Virus record (IMG/VR): IMGVR_UViG_3300020045_000790
Location: 1 to 60,577 of that record
Strand: one strand, 5' to 3'
Source: a virus
Taxonomy: Duplodnaviria > Caudoviricetes
DNA: 60,577 bases
Shown: piece by piece, positions 19,335 to 29,870 of the stretch
Layout of the letters: each line of letters opens with the position of its first letter
Numbering within the stretch: position 1 is the first letter of the stretch
Notes under the pieces: generated by a model
Database searches by the model: none
Seen by the model: the letters and a program-made list of their open reading frames with translations, nothing else
Told to the model about the DNA's origin: nothing
Position numbers and translations under genes: made by a program

Positions 19335-21143
19335 TTAGTCTAATTCTCCTGTTGTTCCTCCTTCTCCTAAAAGAGCTTGTTTATCAGATGTTTTTACATT
19401 CTTAGCCAACCAATCTTTTAAAAGTTTAGCCTGCTTGCTTGCAGCTTCTTTGCTTTTTTGATTTGAATTTATAATTAAATCTTTTGCTCCCGGTTTTTTT
19501 ATTGTTATATTATTACCTGCAAATGCCCCACCACCTTCAGGGATTATTTCTATACCCGGTATATTTCCAAGTTTTTCCATAAGAACATCTGTTGTCTCAG
19601 CACTGTTTGAGTCATAGAATAAATTTGAATCAGCTGCTGAAGTAAACACCTTAGTTGCTTCCACGTCTATATCTTTAGTAGCCCCTGTTCCGGTATATGA
19701 AGTATTAAATGTTTTACCTAATTTTCCTTTGGCTTTATTTACAACCATATCTTCAGGGAAAGATGCACCTGTTGCAGTAAGAAGAGCTCCTGTGATTCCT
19801 CGTAATGCTGCTACTCTATCTCCTTTTGATTCAAAAGCAACAAGACCTTGTTTAGTTCTAATATAGTTACCCGCAGGTTTGCCCGGAGGGTTAGATACGA
19901 TATCAGCACCTCTTGACCTCATATATGCCATACCTTGTGCTTTTTGAGCATCAGTACCTGTCAAGATATATGAAGTATTAAGTGCAAAGTTTTCAGCATC
20001 TTTCTCCATATTAGTTTGAGCATTTTCTTCAGCTGTTTTTGGTCTTCTTTCTTGTAATTGATTTTGAGATGTAGTTTTAATAGTTCTCTCTTGGTCTATC
20101 TTACTTAAAAGATTAGTTTTAACCCAAGCAGCAGCTTCTTTTTTCTGAGCCTCATAATTCGGACCTTCTTCATCTAAAGTGGTCATATTTGTTCTTGGGT
20201 CAACTTTTACAAGTATTTTGTTTGCATCTTTAGCCGCTTCGTCTTTATCAAAAGTAAATGATTCAGCACCATACTTACCTAAATTCTGTGTTAATACAGA
20301 AGTAAGATTGTACGGTGTTTGGTCGAAATAACTATTAACTTGGTCATCTATGGCTTCGTTCCAATCATTTACTATTTTTTGAGTAGTAGGGTCTTTTTTA
20401 GTTGCTAAAAAATCAGGACCCATTAACTCTGTTATACTACCTGCTCCTGACAATGTAGCGGCTTGATATAAAAAATCTTTTCTCGTACCAAATCCTTTTA
20501 CAGTAGCAGTTGTTGCTGCCTCTACATCAAAAGTAGGTACGTTTTGAAGTATCTTACCTCTGATTACATTTACAGGTGCTATATTTTTAGATAAAACTCT
20601 TACTGTTTTACCATCTATAATCTTATTCTCATACAAGCCAATGCTTACTCTGCCATCTCCTAAAGCGTCAATTACTGCTTCTGATTGATTGAAATCAGCA
20701 TACCCTTCAACACTACCCATATTGAATACATTGATAGCTTGTAGCTCTCCTGAGTTAACTCCTTCCATTTTTTTCTTGAACTCGTCTTGATATAACTTAG
20801 AAAGTTCAAAAAGTTGATTTGTTCCATCTACTCTGTTTTGTCTTCTTAATGTGTATTTTTCAAGTGGCATCTGCCCCGACTTTAATAATTGCTCATCAAT
20901 TCGAGTTTGATTTATCATATTATGAGCAAACTTATTAGTAAAATTGTTTAAATCTTGGTTTTGCCCTTGAGGTGCATTTGCTAAATCATTCTCAAATTGT
21001 CTTGTAGCCGCATCAATCGCATCTTTCTTTTCTTGTCTGATACGATTAGTTTCAGCAAGCATATCACTGATATTCTTGCCGACCTCTGCCCAATTTACCT
21101 GCGAGTCTGCGTCTCTTTCTGCGTATTTATAGTATGTTGCCAT
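19335..21143 (-). CDS. internal virion protein
   Basis: 602 aa, helical N-terminus, position in the ejection-protein cluster. Confidence 0.55.
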   Translation of the reverse strand: MATYYKYAERDADSQVNWAEVGKNISDMLAETNRIRQEKKDAIDAATRQFENDLANAPQGQNQDLNNFTNKFAHNMINQTRIDEQLLKSGQMPLEKYTLRRQNRVDGTNQLFELSKLYQDEFKKKMEGVNSGELQAINVFNMGSVEGYADFNQSEAVIDALGDGRVSIGLYENKIIDGKTVRVLSKNIAPVNVIRGKILQNVPTFDVEAATTATVKGFGTRKDFLYQAATLSGAGSITELMGPDFLATKKDPTTQKIVNDWNEAIDDQVNSYFDQTPYNLTSVLTQNLGKYGAESFTFDKDEAAKDANKILVKVDPRTNMTTLDEEGPNYEAQKKEAAAWVKTNLLSKIDQERTIKTTSQNQLQERRPKTAEENAQTNMEKDAENFALNTSYILTGTDAQKAQGMAYMRSRGADIVSNPPGKPAGNYIRTKQGLVAFESKGDRVAALRGITGALLTATGASFPEDMVVNKAKGKLGKTFNTSYTGTGATKDIDVEATKVFTSAADSNLFYDSNSAETTDVLMEKLGNIPGIEIIPEGGGAFAGNNITIKKPGAKDLIINSNQKSKEAASKQAKLLKDWLAKNVKTSDKQALLGEGGTTGELD

Positions 21144-21146
21144 ATT

Positions 21147-21917
21147 TTAGAAATATTTTTTGGTTGGTTGGTAACCTATATTTTGAGGAAAGGATACAGC
21201 AGCAAATGGGTCAGGGTTAAATGCACTTTTACCAAATCCAATTGGATTAGGTTTGAACTTTTCGTCAAACACAGAATATCCCGTTGGTTTTTTAAGATTA
21301 TTAACTGATTGATTACTTGCTTGTAGCTGAGCTGCTTGCTGTTGACCTGTTTGTGGCGAACCTGTTTTTTGATATAAAGGAACCATTGCTAATCCTTGTT
21401 GCATAGTATTAGATAAGCCTTCAAAGCCTTGAGTTAATGCTGCGGCTCTTGCCTCTTCAGCATCTCTCGCTGCCAACTGAGCACCCTCAACTTCTCCTAA
21501 ATCTAATTGAACACCAACATCTCTTAGCCTACTATCTTCATTTATTATCTGTTGTTCAATACCCATCAATTCTTGACCCATAGCAGTTCTAATTCCTGCT
21601 TGACCTTCATTCTGAGCCATTTGAACTCTACCTGCTGTGGCTTCTGCACCTCTGTCAGATTCTCCTCCTTGCTGTATAGCTAAAGCTCCTTGAGCAAGCA
21701 TTGCCTCTCTTTCAAGTTCGTATGGTTCTTTCTTAATAGATAATTCTTCGGCATAATTAATCTCGAGTTTTTTACGTGCTTCAGCCATTGCTTCGGCTGC
21801 TTTTGCTTCCGCTGCTCGCTGAGCTTTCTTTTGCTTTCCTGCCTGAATAAATGAATTTGTAGTTGATGCAGCCGAAACCGCTAAACCACCAATTGCTACT
21901 GCTGTTGCTACTCCCAT
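21147..21917 (-). CDS. internal virion protein (small ejection protein-like)
   Basis: Hydrophobic Gly/Ala N-terminus followed by Ala/Gln coiled coil. Confidence 0.6.
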   Translation of the reverse strand: MGVATAVAIGGLAVSAASTTNSFIQAGKQKKAQRAAEAKAAEAMAEARKKLEINYAEELSIKKEPYELEREAMLAQGALAIQQGGESDRGAEATAGRVQMAQNEGQAGIRTAMGQELMGIEQQIINEDSRLRDVGVQLDLGEVEGAQLAARDAEEARAAALTQGFEGLSNTMQQGLAMVPLYQKTGSPQTGQQQAAQLQASNQSVNNLKKPTGYSVFDEKFKPNPIGFGKSAFNPDPFAAVSFPQNIGYQPTKKYF

Positions 21918-21918
21918 A

Positions 21919-22323
21919 TTAAAGTAATTTTATCATTTCACTTGTGTATGAATCTCCTTTAATATAACCAAGGCTTTCATACGTTTTAATTAAACTGTCG
22001 TTTTTTATTAGAGCGTAAGCGTATTTGCTTCCTGACATTTTGCTAAGATTAGTCAAAGTATCTATCAGCATTGTTATAGCTTCTCTTCTTTTCTCTCTAT
22101 ATTCTTTGTTTGAAATTATCCAATCAACCCAAGCTACTCTCGAATTGGTTATATAAATAAATCCTGCACAAACAGGAATATCTCCGTCATATACGATATA
22201 CCCACCCATTCCATTATCAGGTAAGAAGTCCCTTTCAGGGGCTGTCCAACCCCAATCTTTCCACCAATTAACAAGCGTTTCTTGGTAATCGTTTTCGTTA
22301 AGTTGTCTAATAGTTAATTCCAT
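21919..22323 (-). CDS. GNAT-fold acetyltransferase-like protein
   Basis: IRQL...PVCAGF...YESLGY pattern; podovirus position between tail and internal proteins. Confidence 0.6.
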   Translation of the reverse strand: MELTIRQLNENDYQETLVNWWKDWGWTAPERDFLPDNGMGGYIVYDGDIPVCAGFIYITNSRVAWVDWIISNKEYREKRREAITMLIDTLTNLSKMSGSKYAYALIKNDSLIKTYESLGYIKGDSYTSEMIKLL

Positions 22324-22344
22324 ACAGAGACAAAGATAATAAAA

Positions 22345-23160
22345 TTAAGGGAAACTTTTCATTACTTCAGATTCAACTGCAAATAATTCAATTTTTGAGT
22401 TTGAAGAATTTGACAGAGTGAATACGCAATAATGTCCTAAAACCCCGTGAGACTCAGCAACTGAGTTTTTCACATAGAAGAAGAAGTTTACATTACCCGG
22501 AATTGGATTTGATGGTGGATTAAGCATTGCATTATCTATAACCAATTGGTTTATACCATTTGGTAAATCAACATTTATTGCTGTAACCTGACCTGCAAAT
22601 AAAGGATTTGGGTGTCCGAAATAAACATAATCTCCAATACTTATGATACTGCCAATTGATATTAATGGAGATATACTAAAGTTTATTTTTGCAGAGTTAG
22701 TTCCTGAATCTACAACAGTTAAACTGTTACCGATTCCATTCAAACTTCTTAATGCAAACTCTCCAATAGTATTATTTCTGACAAACGCATAATAAGCTGC
22801 TTCTTTTCTTTCAAACCAAGATTCATTTATAAATCCTGAGAATTGCAAGTCTGTAATTAATTGAGCAGACCAAGCTGCATCTCCTTCTAAGTTTATGGTT
22901 TTAAATAACTTATTCTCAAGAGCAGAATTATTAAACACACTTTGTAATCTTGTTGGTGTAAATGAACCTGCCGGATTTCCGACTTGATTCCACCAAGGTT
23001 GGTAAAATGTATTTCTCGCTTGATTAACGTTATGTCTGTAAATATTCCCACCCTTAAATGTGTAGAAATAATTATTCATTCCTATTAACCAATCAGGATA
23101 ATAAGAATAGAAAGATACCCAACCGGCAACTCCTTCGCTATATGATAATGTGTAATTCAT
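22345..23160 (-). CDS. tail protein (resembles the C-terminal part of a tail nozzle/stabilisation protein)
   Basis: TLSYSE...GWVSFYSY.P, KLFKTINLEG, ELFAVESE motifs. Confidence 0.55.
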   Translation of the reverse strand: MNYTLSYSEGVAGWVSFYSYYPDWLIGMNNYFYTFKGGNIYRHNVNQARNTFYQPWWNQVGNPAGSFTPTRLQSVFNNSALENKLFKTINLEGDAAWSAQLITDLQFSGFINESWFERKEAAYYAFVRNNTIGEFALRSLNGIGNSLTVVDSGTNSAKINFSISPLISIGSIISIGDYVYFGHPNPLFAGQVTAINVDLPNGINQLVIDNAMLNPPSNPIPGNVNFFFYVKNSVAESHGVLGHYCVFTLSNSSNSKIELFAVESEVMKSFP

Positions 23161-23173
23161 AATTTATTTTTTA

Positions 23174-24097
23174 TTAACAAAATCCAAGACTAATTACAAT
23201 TCCATTCGCATCAACCTCAAAATAATCAGCACCGCCAACTAATGAACCTGTTGCTGTATAGAAACCTGCCGCTAAAGGCATAGCCCCATAAGCATCTTCA
23301 AAAACGTAATCGTATAATCCAACTAAAGTATCTATTGTTGTATGTACTTTAGCAAAGTAATAAGTCTCAGTCAAGGCAATAAAACAATCGTGAACAACTC
23401 CGACAACTGAACAAGGGAAGCTTGGTAAAAGATAAGGACATTGAAGACTTGCAGTCCAAGCAGTACCACTACAAGGTCCAAACATTTCAAGATTAACAAC
23501 ACTTGGAGAAGGATTAACCTTTGGTATAATCATAATACAACTTCCCGGAGATGCACCTAAGCTAACATCTCCCGGACTTATAGTGATGTTTTGAGTATTA
23601 CCCGTTGGTAAAAACGATGTTCCGTTATATAGATATTCTATAGCCGCAGGAAAATTAGTTGTATTTCCTGTTAACCCGCAATCTGCACCTGAATTACCAA
23701 CAACCGTAAATCCTGTTGGGTTTGTACTTTTGTGAGGACCATCAACAGGAGAACTCAAAGTATTATATGTATTTCCATCATATATAGCTCTTATTCCGTC
23801 AGGAATATTGTCAGGATTAAAATATATAACAATAGCACCTACATCTGAACCTGTATTTAAATTTGCAAGATAAATACCTTGACTGCCACTTGCTCCTATG
23901 CTTCCTCCACAAGGGACAGGACAAGGAGACACGCAAGTTTCCGCAGGTAAAAGAATACCTAATGACTGCTGTCTTGATATTGTTCCGTCTCCATAGAAAC
24001 CATCAGGAGCTAAAAAAGCTAATGATGAGTCTAAATACACCGCTGTAGCTGTTGCTAAGTCAGCGGCATCTAAATAATATGTTGAATTTATTGCCAT
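23174..24097 (-). CDS. Cys/Gly-rich virion structural protein
   Basis: Beta-rich; N-terminal module duplicated in the C-terminus of the upstream gene. Confidence 0.55.
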   Translation of the reverse strand: MAINSTYYLDAADLATATAVYLDSSLAFLAPDGFYGDGTISRQQSLGILLPAETCVSPCPVPCGGSIGASGSQGIYLANLNTGSDVGAIVIYFNPDNIPDGIRAIYDGNTYNTLSSPVDGPHKSTNPTGFTVVGNSGADCGLTGNTTNFPAAIEYLYNGTSFLPTGNTQNITISPGDVSLGASPGSCIMIIPKVNPSPSVVNLEMFGPCSGTAWTASLQCPYLLPSFPCSVVGVVHDCFIALTETYYFAKVHTTIDTLVGLYDYVFEDAYGAMPLAAGFYTATGSLVGGADYFEVDANGIVISLGFC

Positions 24098-24104
24098 ATT
24101 TTAA

Positions 24105-27100
24105 TTATAATAAACATTCACAAGATACAAAAAAGATAGTTACATTTACCGAAGGGTTTAATGAAACAGGGTATCCTATACTGCATACATTAGTTATAGC
24201 ACCTGCTTGAATAACAACTTCTTCGTATATTCCAAATTCGTTGTATAGTCCAATTAACCCATCAACAGCGTTTTTTGAATTATTTACTTCGTACATATTG
24301 TACGGAGAATCGCAATCTTCATCGCACTCACAGCAAACATCAAGTGCACTTGTTCCGAAGCACAAAGATACTTCAACTGCACAAGGTTTACAAGTTTGAG
24401 CAGGCAATAAAACGCCATCTACTAATTCACGAACAATACCACCAAAAGAATAGAATCCATTTGGTGCGAATGTAGTCATATCAGAATCTAAAAATATTGA
24501 TGTTGAATTTGCAAAAGAAGCATTCAAGTAATAATTACCCGGAGTACAATCGCAACAAGCATCTATTGCTGTAGCTGCAAAACATAACTCAGCAAGTATA
24601 GCATCTCTTAAATCCCAAATCAAATACAAGTAATCTCCATTTACACTTGCAGGAACAATAAAGTCTGCGTAGAATAATGGTGTACTTCCTGCGTTTGGAG
24701 TAGCTGTAGTCGATGCCGCCAATAAAGCCTGAATATCAATATCGTTATTATTAAACAGCACAGGACTTCTAAAGTATTTAAACTTATCCTGAGCTAAATC
24801 AAAGTTGAAAGTATCAGGTGCTATCTTATTGGTTGACAGCCTCATAGTACTTCCTCCTGTAGGGAATCCTCCCGACCCAACAAAACCTGAAGTTATATTA
24901 TATCTTGAAACAAGTGGCGTTGATGTGCCGCTTCCAAAAACAACTAAGTTAGATAATAACGGACCGATAAAAGCACCGTCAGTATATCTGTACTGAGTAT
25001 GAATGGTTTGTCCTGCCTCTGAATTATTTGTAAGTACAACCTCAACTATATTTAAAGGTTCTGCCTCACAGCAATTAGCCAATATAGAAACAACCATATC
25101 TCCTGTATATGTTATGGTTATATCTGCTGTTTCAACTGATATATTATCTTTATTAAAGAATATACTTCCACTAACACTAACAGGTCCTGAAGAAACTACA
25201 GTACCGTCATAACTTACTTCAACAGTTAAAGTGGCTCCCGACTCAATGCTTGATATTACCCAACTAACTTCTGTAGTTCCTACAAGAGGACCTAAATCAA
25301 CGCAATAAGAAAAACTTTCTCCTTGCACACTATTAGTTGACAAAGTAAATGTTTGACTTATACCACAATTTAAACACTGAGGATTTGTAGGCAACATTTC
25401 TTCGTTCATACTTAAAACGTACTCATTCATATAAGGGTCAAATCCTCCAAGTTTTTGAGTATTAAAAGAAGCATTGAATGTGTCTCTAAACCAAGTTCTC
25501 ATACTTTGCTCAGATATTACTACTAATTGGTCGCTTGGTCCTGAATCTCCTTTTATTTGAAGTACAGCACCACGTTTTACGTCAGTAAAATACCTGTCAT
25601 ATCCCCATTGAACATAGCTTTCAGGATTGAAACTAATACCGTACTTCTCAGTACGAGCTATTTGCGTTCCTAATACCTCAGGAGTAGCTGTAATTATATT
25701 TCCTGCACTTGCATCAGACAATAGGTTTTTACCCGCTAAAACGTAAGATATTTTATCTTCCTGTAAAGTAAGTACGTCTGTCTCTCTTCCGTCTAATATA
25801 AATATTTCTCCAAAAGAAGCCTCGCAGTTTTTGTAGTTAACTAATCCTTTGTTGAACTCATTAAGTCTATTTACATTTGTCTCTAAGTTGTAATTACCGC
25901 TATATGTAATGTCAGCAAATCTATCTGCTTCTTTATAGTCCTGTTCTGCTACAGTGGTAACACGCTCTCCTAAATTGAAACTTCTTCCAATAATAGAATC
26001 ACGAATCTTATAACTTTCAGCACCATTTCCGAATGAAAAACAGTTAAAGAACTCAGTATCAACAATTCCCGGTACAGACCCTGTTTGGTTTTGAACATTA
26101 CCTAAATGGTTTCCATTAGCATCAATTCCGAATGATAAGTTATTTTCAAAGAAAACGTCAGGTAAAGCATCTTGAGGTTCAGTTTCAAATATAATTAAAT
26201 CAACTGCTCTAAATACTTCAAACTTTGCAGTTACACAATACTTTCTTGAATTTGGATAACCTACTCCTGTACAACTTTTTCCTGAAGACATTTGTAGTAT
26301 TAATGCGTTTGTAGCAGGGTTTCTATAGAACTGAAGATACATTACGCTAAAGTCAACCGAACTTAAAACACCATTTGCTGCTATATACTGCAAAGTTGTA
26401 CTTCCATCTTTAGATGTTCCTGTATCTAATAACTGAGCTACATTATCTCCATTCCACCAATCTGCAAAATTGTCATAATCTGTAGATGAAGTTAATCTTC
26501 TATTAAACTCATATCCTCTTCTTTCACAAGAGTTTCCAACACCATTTCTATTCCAATCCATACCAAGATTAATAATACTTCCCGCAGGAATTGAGTAATC
26601 TATGTACATTCCCGGATTTGCAGGGTCAGGAATATTTACGAGATAAGATAATATAGTATAGTTACCACCTTTAGGAGCACATCTTGCGTGAAGACCTAAA
26701 TCTATAATAGCATTAGGGTCAAGAACAGCAGAAAAACTATTTGGATTAATCTTGATGTATAAACCTGCCGGGACAGTAACGTCTCCTACGGGGTCAATAA
26801 ATCCCGATGCCTGTGCTTGCTTATCTAACACAGTTGCATAAGCACAATTCTTTTTAGGACCATCAGTATCAGCCTTAACTATAAGCCTGTCTCCTACCTC
26901 AACTTTTTTAGTATTTTCTCCTTCTAAATAAAACCATACAGAATTACTAAGTGGGTCTGTAAAGAATAAATTAGAGTAAATTGTTTCGTAATTTTCTTCG
27001 TCAGGCTTAATAACGAACTTATATCTTTTAGCCCAATAAGGAGCTCTTTGAGTAGGTGGTATTGTTACACGTATTGAGTTCTTGTTTGCAGAAAATCCAC

Positions 27101-28934
27101 AAGCAATATGAACCGCATTATTTGGACTAACTAAAGCTGTAGAAGCTCTATTGTATTCGTCCATATAAACAATACCTATTTCATAACCTCTGTTACTATG
27201 TAAGCTTCTTGGATTACCTATTTCTTGAAAAGTGGCATCTGCAAAGCTTATGGTATAATATTCATAAATAGACCCTGTTGGTGCTGTTGGATTATCAACA
27301 TACTTCATTGAAAGAATTTGAAAACCAATTTGTGTACTTGCAGGAGAAGTAATTATTTTTATAGGCTGATTAACTCCTGTAATACCACTACCTACTTTCT
27401 GTAAAGAATCTAAGTTATTTGGTAAAATACAATTGAAAGCATCTGTAAAAGTAATACCATCGCAAGAAGTTTCAGCTCCCGGAACTGCACTATATACAGG
27501 TAAAATGTTTGCTACCGTACCAACAGCTTCTTGGAACTCAACACTTGATGCTAAAGCATATACAGATGAGTAATCCGCATTTAAAAAGAAATCAAATGAA
27601 ATTTCAGTATTATCTGTAGTCTCTGCCGGAAAAGGAAGACTTCCTGAAAATGAACTATGTGAAAAAGTTATTGTCATTGTAATAAATGACCCCGCAATAA
27701 GGTTTGCTGCTGCTAAGTCTATATACACTACAGAGTTAGGAACAGTAACAAAACCATTTATTTGATAATCTCCCGACACTACATTGTCAGGTACATTAGT
27801 AGTACCGATTTCTTCTGTTATAAATGTAGGTAAATATTCAAATTTTACAGACTGACCGTTTTTATCAACTAAGTCGTATCCTTCTACATAGTTTCCATAC
27901 ATAAGTCTATTGCCCATAATAGTTTGAGCTTTAGCAAATCGAGGAACATTATCGTAAAGTCTTAGAATTTCAGAAGAATTAAGAACGGTAAATATCTTGC
28001 TGTTATTGAAAGAGAATTGCTGAATTTGATTATCTCCAATTCCCAAGTCTGCTTTGTTGATTTTCTCAATAACTTTTATGATATTGTTATTTGATTGCTT
28101 AAATAGCAAATCAATACCTACAACCAAAGGTCCTCCCGAATTATAATTAACAATAGCTGTGTTGCAGAAATTAGTCATACCCTCATTAAGCATACTGTTT
28201 ATGCTAAACTGAAAAGGATTTGGTATAAACGCAATATCAGACCATTGAGACGTAGCAGAGTACTCTCCGTTTTCATATTCGTATCTGTAAGCAAACGATA
28301 TAAATCTATCTTCTAAATAATTCTCCTGACCACTTGTTGTAATCAATTCAACAGTAGGCGATTCAGTAGGTGGCTTCTTTATAACAAGAAGAGATTCTGC
28401 TGAAAATTGGTCTATATTACCTATAGGATTCGCATAATTCTTTTTGATATTGATAACTCTTGGAGGGTTGTAATCGTCTGTGAAAAACAATAAATCCTCA
28501 ATTATATCTACACCTGTGATAAGGTATGTTGAATTAAAATTAAGAGTGGTATCAACGTTTCCCCCGTCATTAATACTTATTACGTGGTAGGCAAGGACAT
28601 CTGTATGTACATTATAAGACACTATTAAATCGAGTCTTCCCGTAGCTCCAACTGTAAAAGTTGGGTCGTGAACAAACCAATAGATTGTCTCTCTTGCACT
28701 ATCTTCTATAGCACCAATACATCTTGCATTCGGACTAAGAAGAGTTCCGTCTATATATTTCAACGAAGTAAGTGGAAGATTCCCCTTGGTATTTTCTATA
28801 ACACCAATTTCAGAATTTTCAGTAGAACCCATTCTGACGTTCATAGCATCAATGTATTCTCCATCAGGAACTAATCGTTCATCAACGACTTTATTCATTC
28901 TTCCTGCTATAAAATTTCTTGTTATGTTTGCCAT
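24105..28934 (-). CDS. tail nozzle / stabilisation protein (1609 aa)
   Basis: NFIAGRMNKVVDERLVPDGEYIDAMN start, GNRLMYGNY, YGISFNPES, GGFDPY motifs of Bacteroidota podovirus tail proteins. Confidence 0.7.
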   Translation of the reverse strand: MANITRNFIAGRMNKVVDERLVPDGEYIDAMNVRMGSTENSEIGVIENTKGNLPLTSLKYIDGTLLSPNARCIGAIEDSARETIYWFVHDPTFTVGATGRLDLIVSYNVHTDVLAYHVISINDGGNVDTTLNFNSTYLITGVDIIEDLLFFTDDYNPPRVINIKKNYANPIGNIDQFSAESLLVIKKPPTESPTVELITTSGQENYLEDRFISFAYRYEYENGEYSATSQWSDIAFIPNPFQFSINSMLNEGMTNFCNTAIVNYNSGGPLVVGIDLLFKQSNNNIIKVIEKINKADLGIGDNQIQQFSFNNSKIFTVLNSSEILRLYDNVPRFAKAQTIMGNRLMYGNYVEGYDLVDKNGQSVKFEYLPTFITEEIGTTNVPDNVVSGDYQINGFVTVPNSVVYIDLAAANLIAGSFITMTITFSHSSFSGSLPFPAETTDNTEISFDFFLNADYSSVYALASSVEFQEAVGTVANILPVYSAVPGAETSCDGITFTDAFNCILPNNLDSLQKVGSGITGVNQPIKIITSPASTQIGFQILSMKYVDNPTAPTGSIYEYYTISFADATFQEIGNPRSLHSNRGYEIGIVYMDEYNRASTALVSPNNAVHIACGFSANKNSIRVTIPPTQRAPYWAKRYKFVIKPDEENYETIYSNLFFTDPLSNSVWFYLEGENTKKVEVGDRLIVKADTDGPKKNCAYATVLDKQAQASGFIDPVGDVTVPAGLYIKINPNSFSAVLDPNAIIDLGLHARCAPKGGNYTILSYLVNIPDPANPGMYIDYSIPAGSIINLGMDWNRNGVGNSCERRGYEFNRRLTSSTDYDNFADWWNGDNVAQLLDTGTSKDGSTTLQYIAANGVLSSVDFSVMYLQFYRNPATNALILQMSSGKSCTGVGYPNSRKYCVTAKFEVFRAVDLIIFETEPQDALPDVFFENNLSFGIDANGNHLGNVQNQTGSVPGIVDTEFFNCFSFGNGAESYKIRDSIIGRSFNLGERVTTVAEQDYKEADRFADITYSGNYNLETNVNRLNEFNKGLVNYKNCEASFGEIFILDGRETDVLTLQEDKISYVLAGKNLLSDASAGNIITATPEVLGTQIARTEKYGISFNPESYVQWGYDRYFTDVKRGAVLQIKGDSGPSDQLVVISEQSMRTWFRDTFNASFNTQKLGGFDPYMNEYVLSMNEEMLPTNPQCLNCGISQTFTLSTNSVQGESFSYCVDLGPLVGTTEVSWVISSIESGATLTVEVSYDGTVVSSGPVSVSGSIFFNKDNISVETADITITYTGDMVVSILANCCEAEPLNIVEVVLTNNSEAGQTIHTQYRYTDGAFIGPLLSNLVVFGSGTSTPLVSRYNITSGFVGSGGFPTGGSTMRLSTNKIAPDTFNFDLAQDKFKYFRSPVLFNNNDIDIQALLAASTTATPNAGSTPLFYADFIVPASVNGDYLYLIWDLRDAILAELCFAATAIDACCDCTPGNYYLNASFANSTSIFLDSDMTTFAPNGFYSFGGIVRELVDGVLLPAQTCKPCAVEVSLCFGTSALDVCCECDEDCDSPYNMYEVNNSKNAVDGLIGLYNEFGIYEEVVIQAGAITNVCSIGYPVSLNPSVNVTIFFVSCECLL

Positions 28935-28935
28935 A

Positions 28936-29859
28936 TTATTTAATTATCTTGTCCATTCCTCTTAAATTCATAAGAAGTCTTCCCGGGTGGATATTGCTAA
29001 TTCTTATTTTAGCATTTCTAAGTAATGCCATTCTTTCTTTTCTTGCACGAGCAACTATATATTCCTGAACTCCTAATTTATTGCTAAGAATCTCATAGCT
29101 AATATAAGCATAAATATATTTTTCAAATAACTTATTTACAGTTATTAAAGAGTCATCTCCACTTTCCATTCCATCAGAAACATACTCAAGAATACAAGAA
29201 TGACCTGCCATACTTGAATCGAAATTAATAACTCCTGCTTTTTTATCAATATTGAAAGTAGGGTTAAAGTTTGCTGTCTCAGTGTTTAATCCAAATCTAT
29301 CTCCAACACCAACTTCAAAATACCACATACCATCGTAATTCCAACCATACTGCCCATCAAATTGGCTACCTTGATTTAAGTAAATACTTTTTTTGCTTCT
29401 TGTCAATCTATCGTAGTCGATATTTGAATATTGAGGCTCAAGAATATTTCCATTTTGGTCAAACAATATGTTTCCACTTTGGTCTTGAAGATATGCCTTT
29501 GAAGATAATGTCTGAATGTTCTCAGTCAATGGTCTTAACCAACCATCTTTATACAAAGATATACGAACCCAATTCACAAAATCAGATGGTAAAACAAATC
29601 TAAGTGTATCAGCTACAGTTAGCTCTAAAACTTTTACTTCTTTAAAAGCATCATAATTAAGTTCTTGAATACCACGTTTTGCGTGGAATAAAATTTTATA
29701 TCTCTCTTCGTTATTGATTAAAGAGTGGTTTCCGTAATACATCAACATATAGTTATTAACTATATCTTCAAGACTTATATATTGATAAGAACCCCAATTT
29801 GCATCTTCGGGTTGATTACCATTATTGTCGTAGTATTCGTATTGAGATAAATAAGCCAT
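28936..29859 (-). CDS. tail adaptor/ring protein
   Basis: LPSDFVNWVRI, LEYVSDG; position between capsid and nozzle genes. Confidence 0.55.
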   Translation of the reverse strand: MAYLSQYEYYDNNGNQPEDANWGSYQYISLEDIVNNYMLMYYGNHSLINNEERYKILFHAKRGIQELNYDAFKEVKVLELTVADTLRFVLPSDFVNWVRISLYKDGWLRPLTENIQTLSSKAYLQDQSGNILFDQNGNILEPQYSNIDYDRLTRSKKSIYLNQGSQFDGQYGWNYDGMWYFEVGVGDRFGLNTETANFNPTFNIDKKAGVINFDSSMAGHSCILEYVSDGMESGDDSLITVNKLFEKYIYAYISYEILSNKLGVQEYIVARARKERMALLRNAKIRISNIHPGRLLMNLRGMDKIIK

Positions 29860-29870
29860 ATCTTAAAAAT

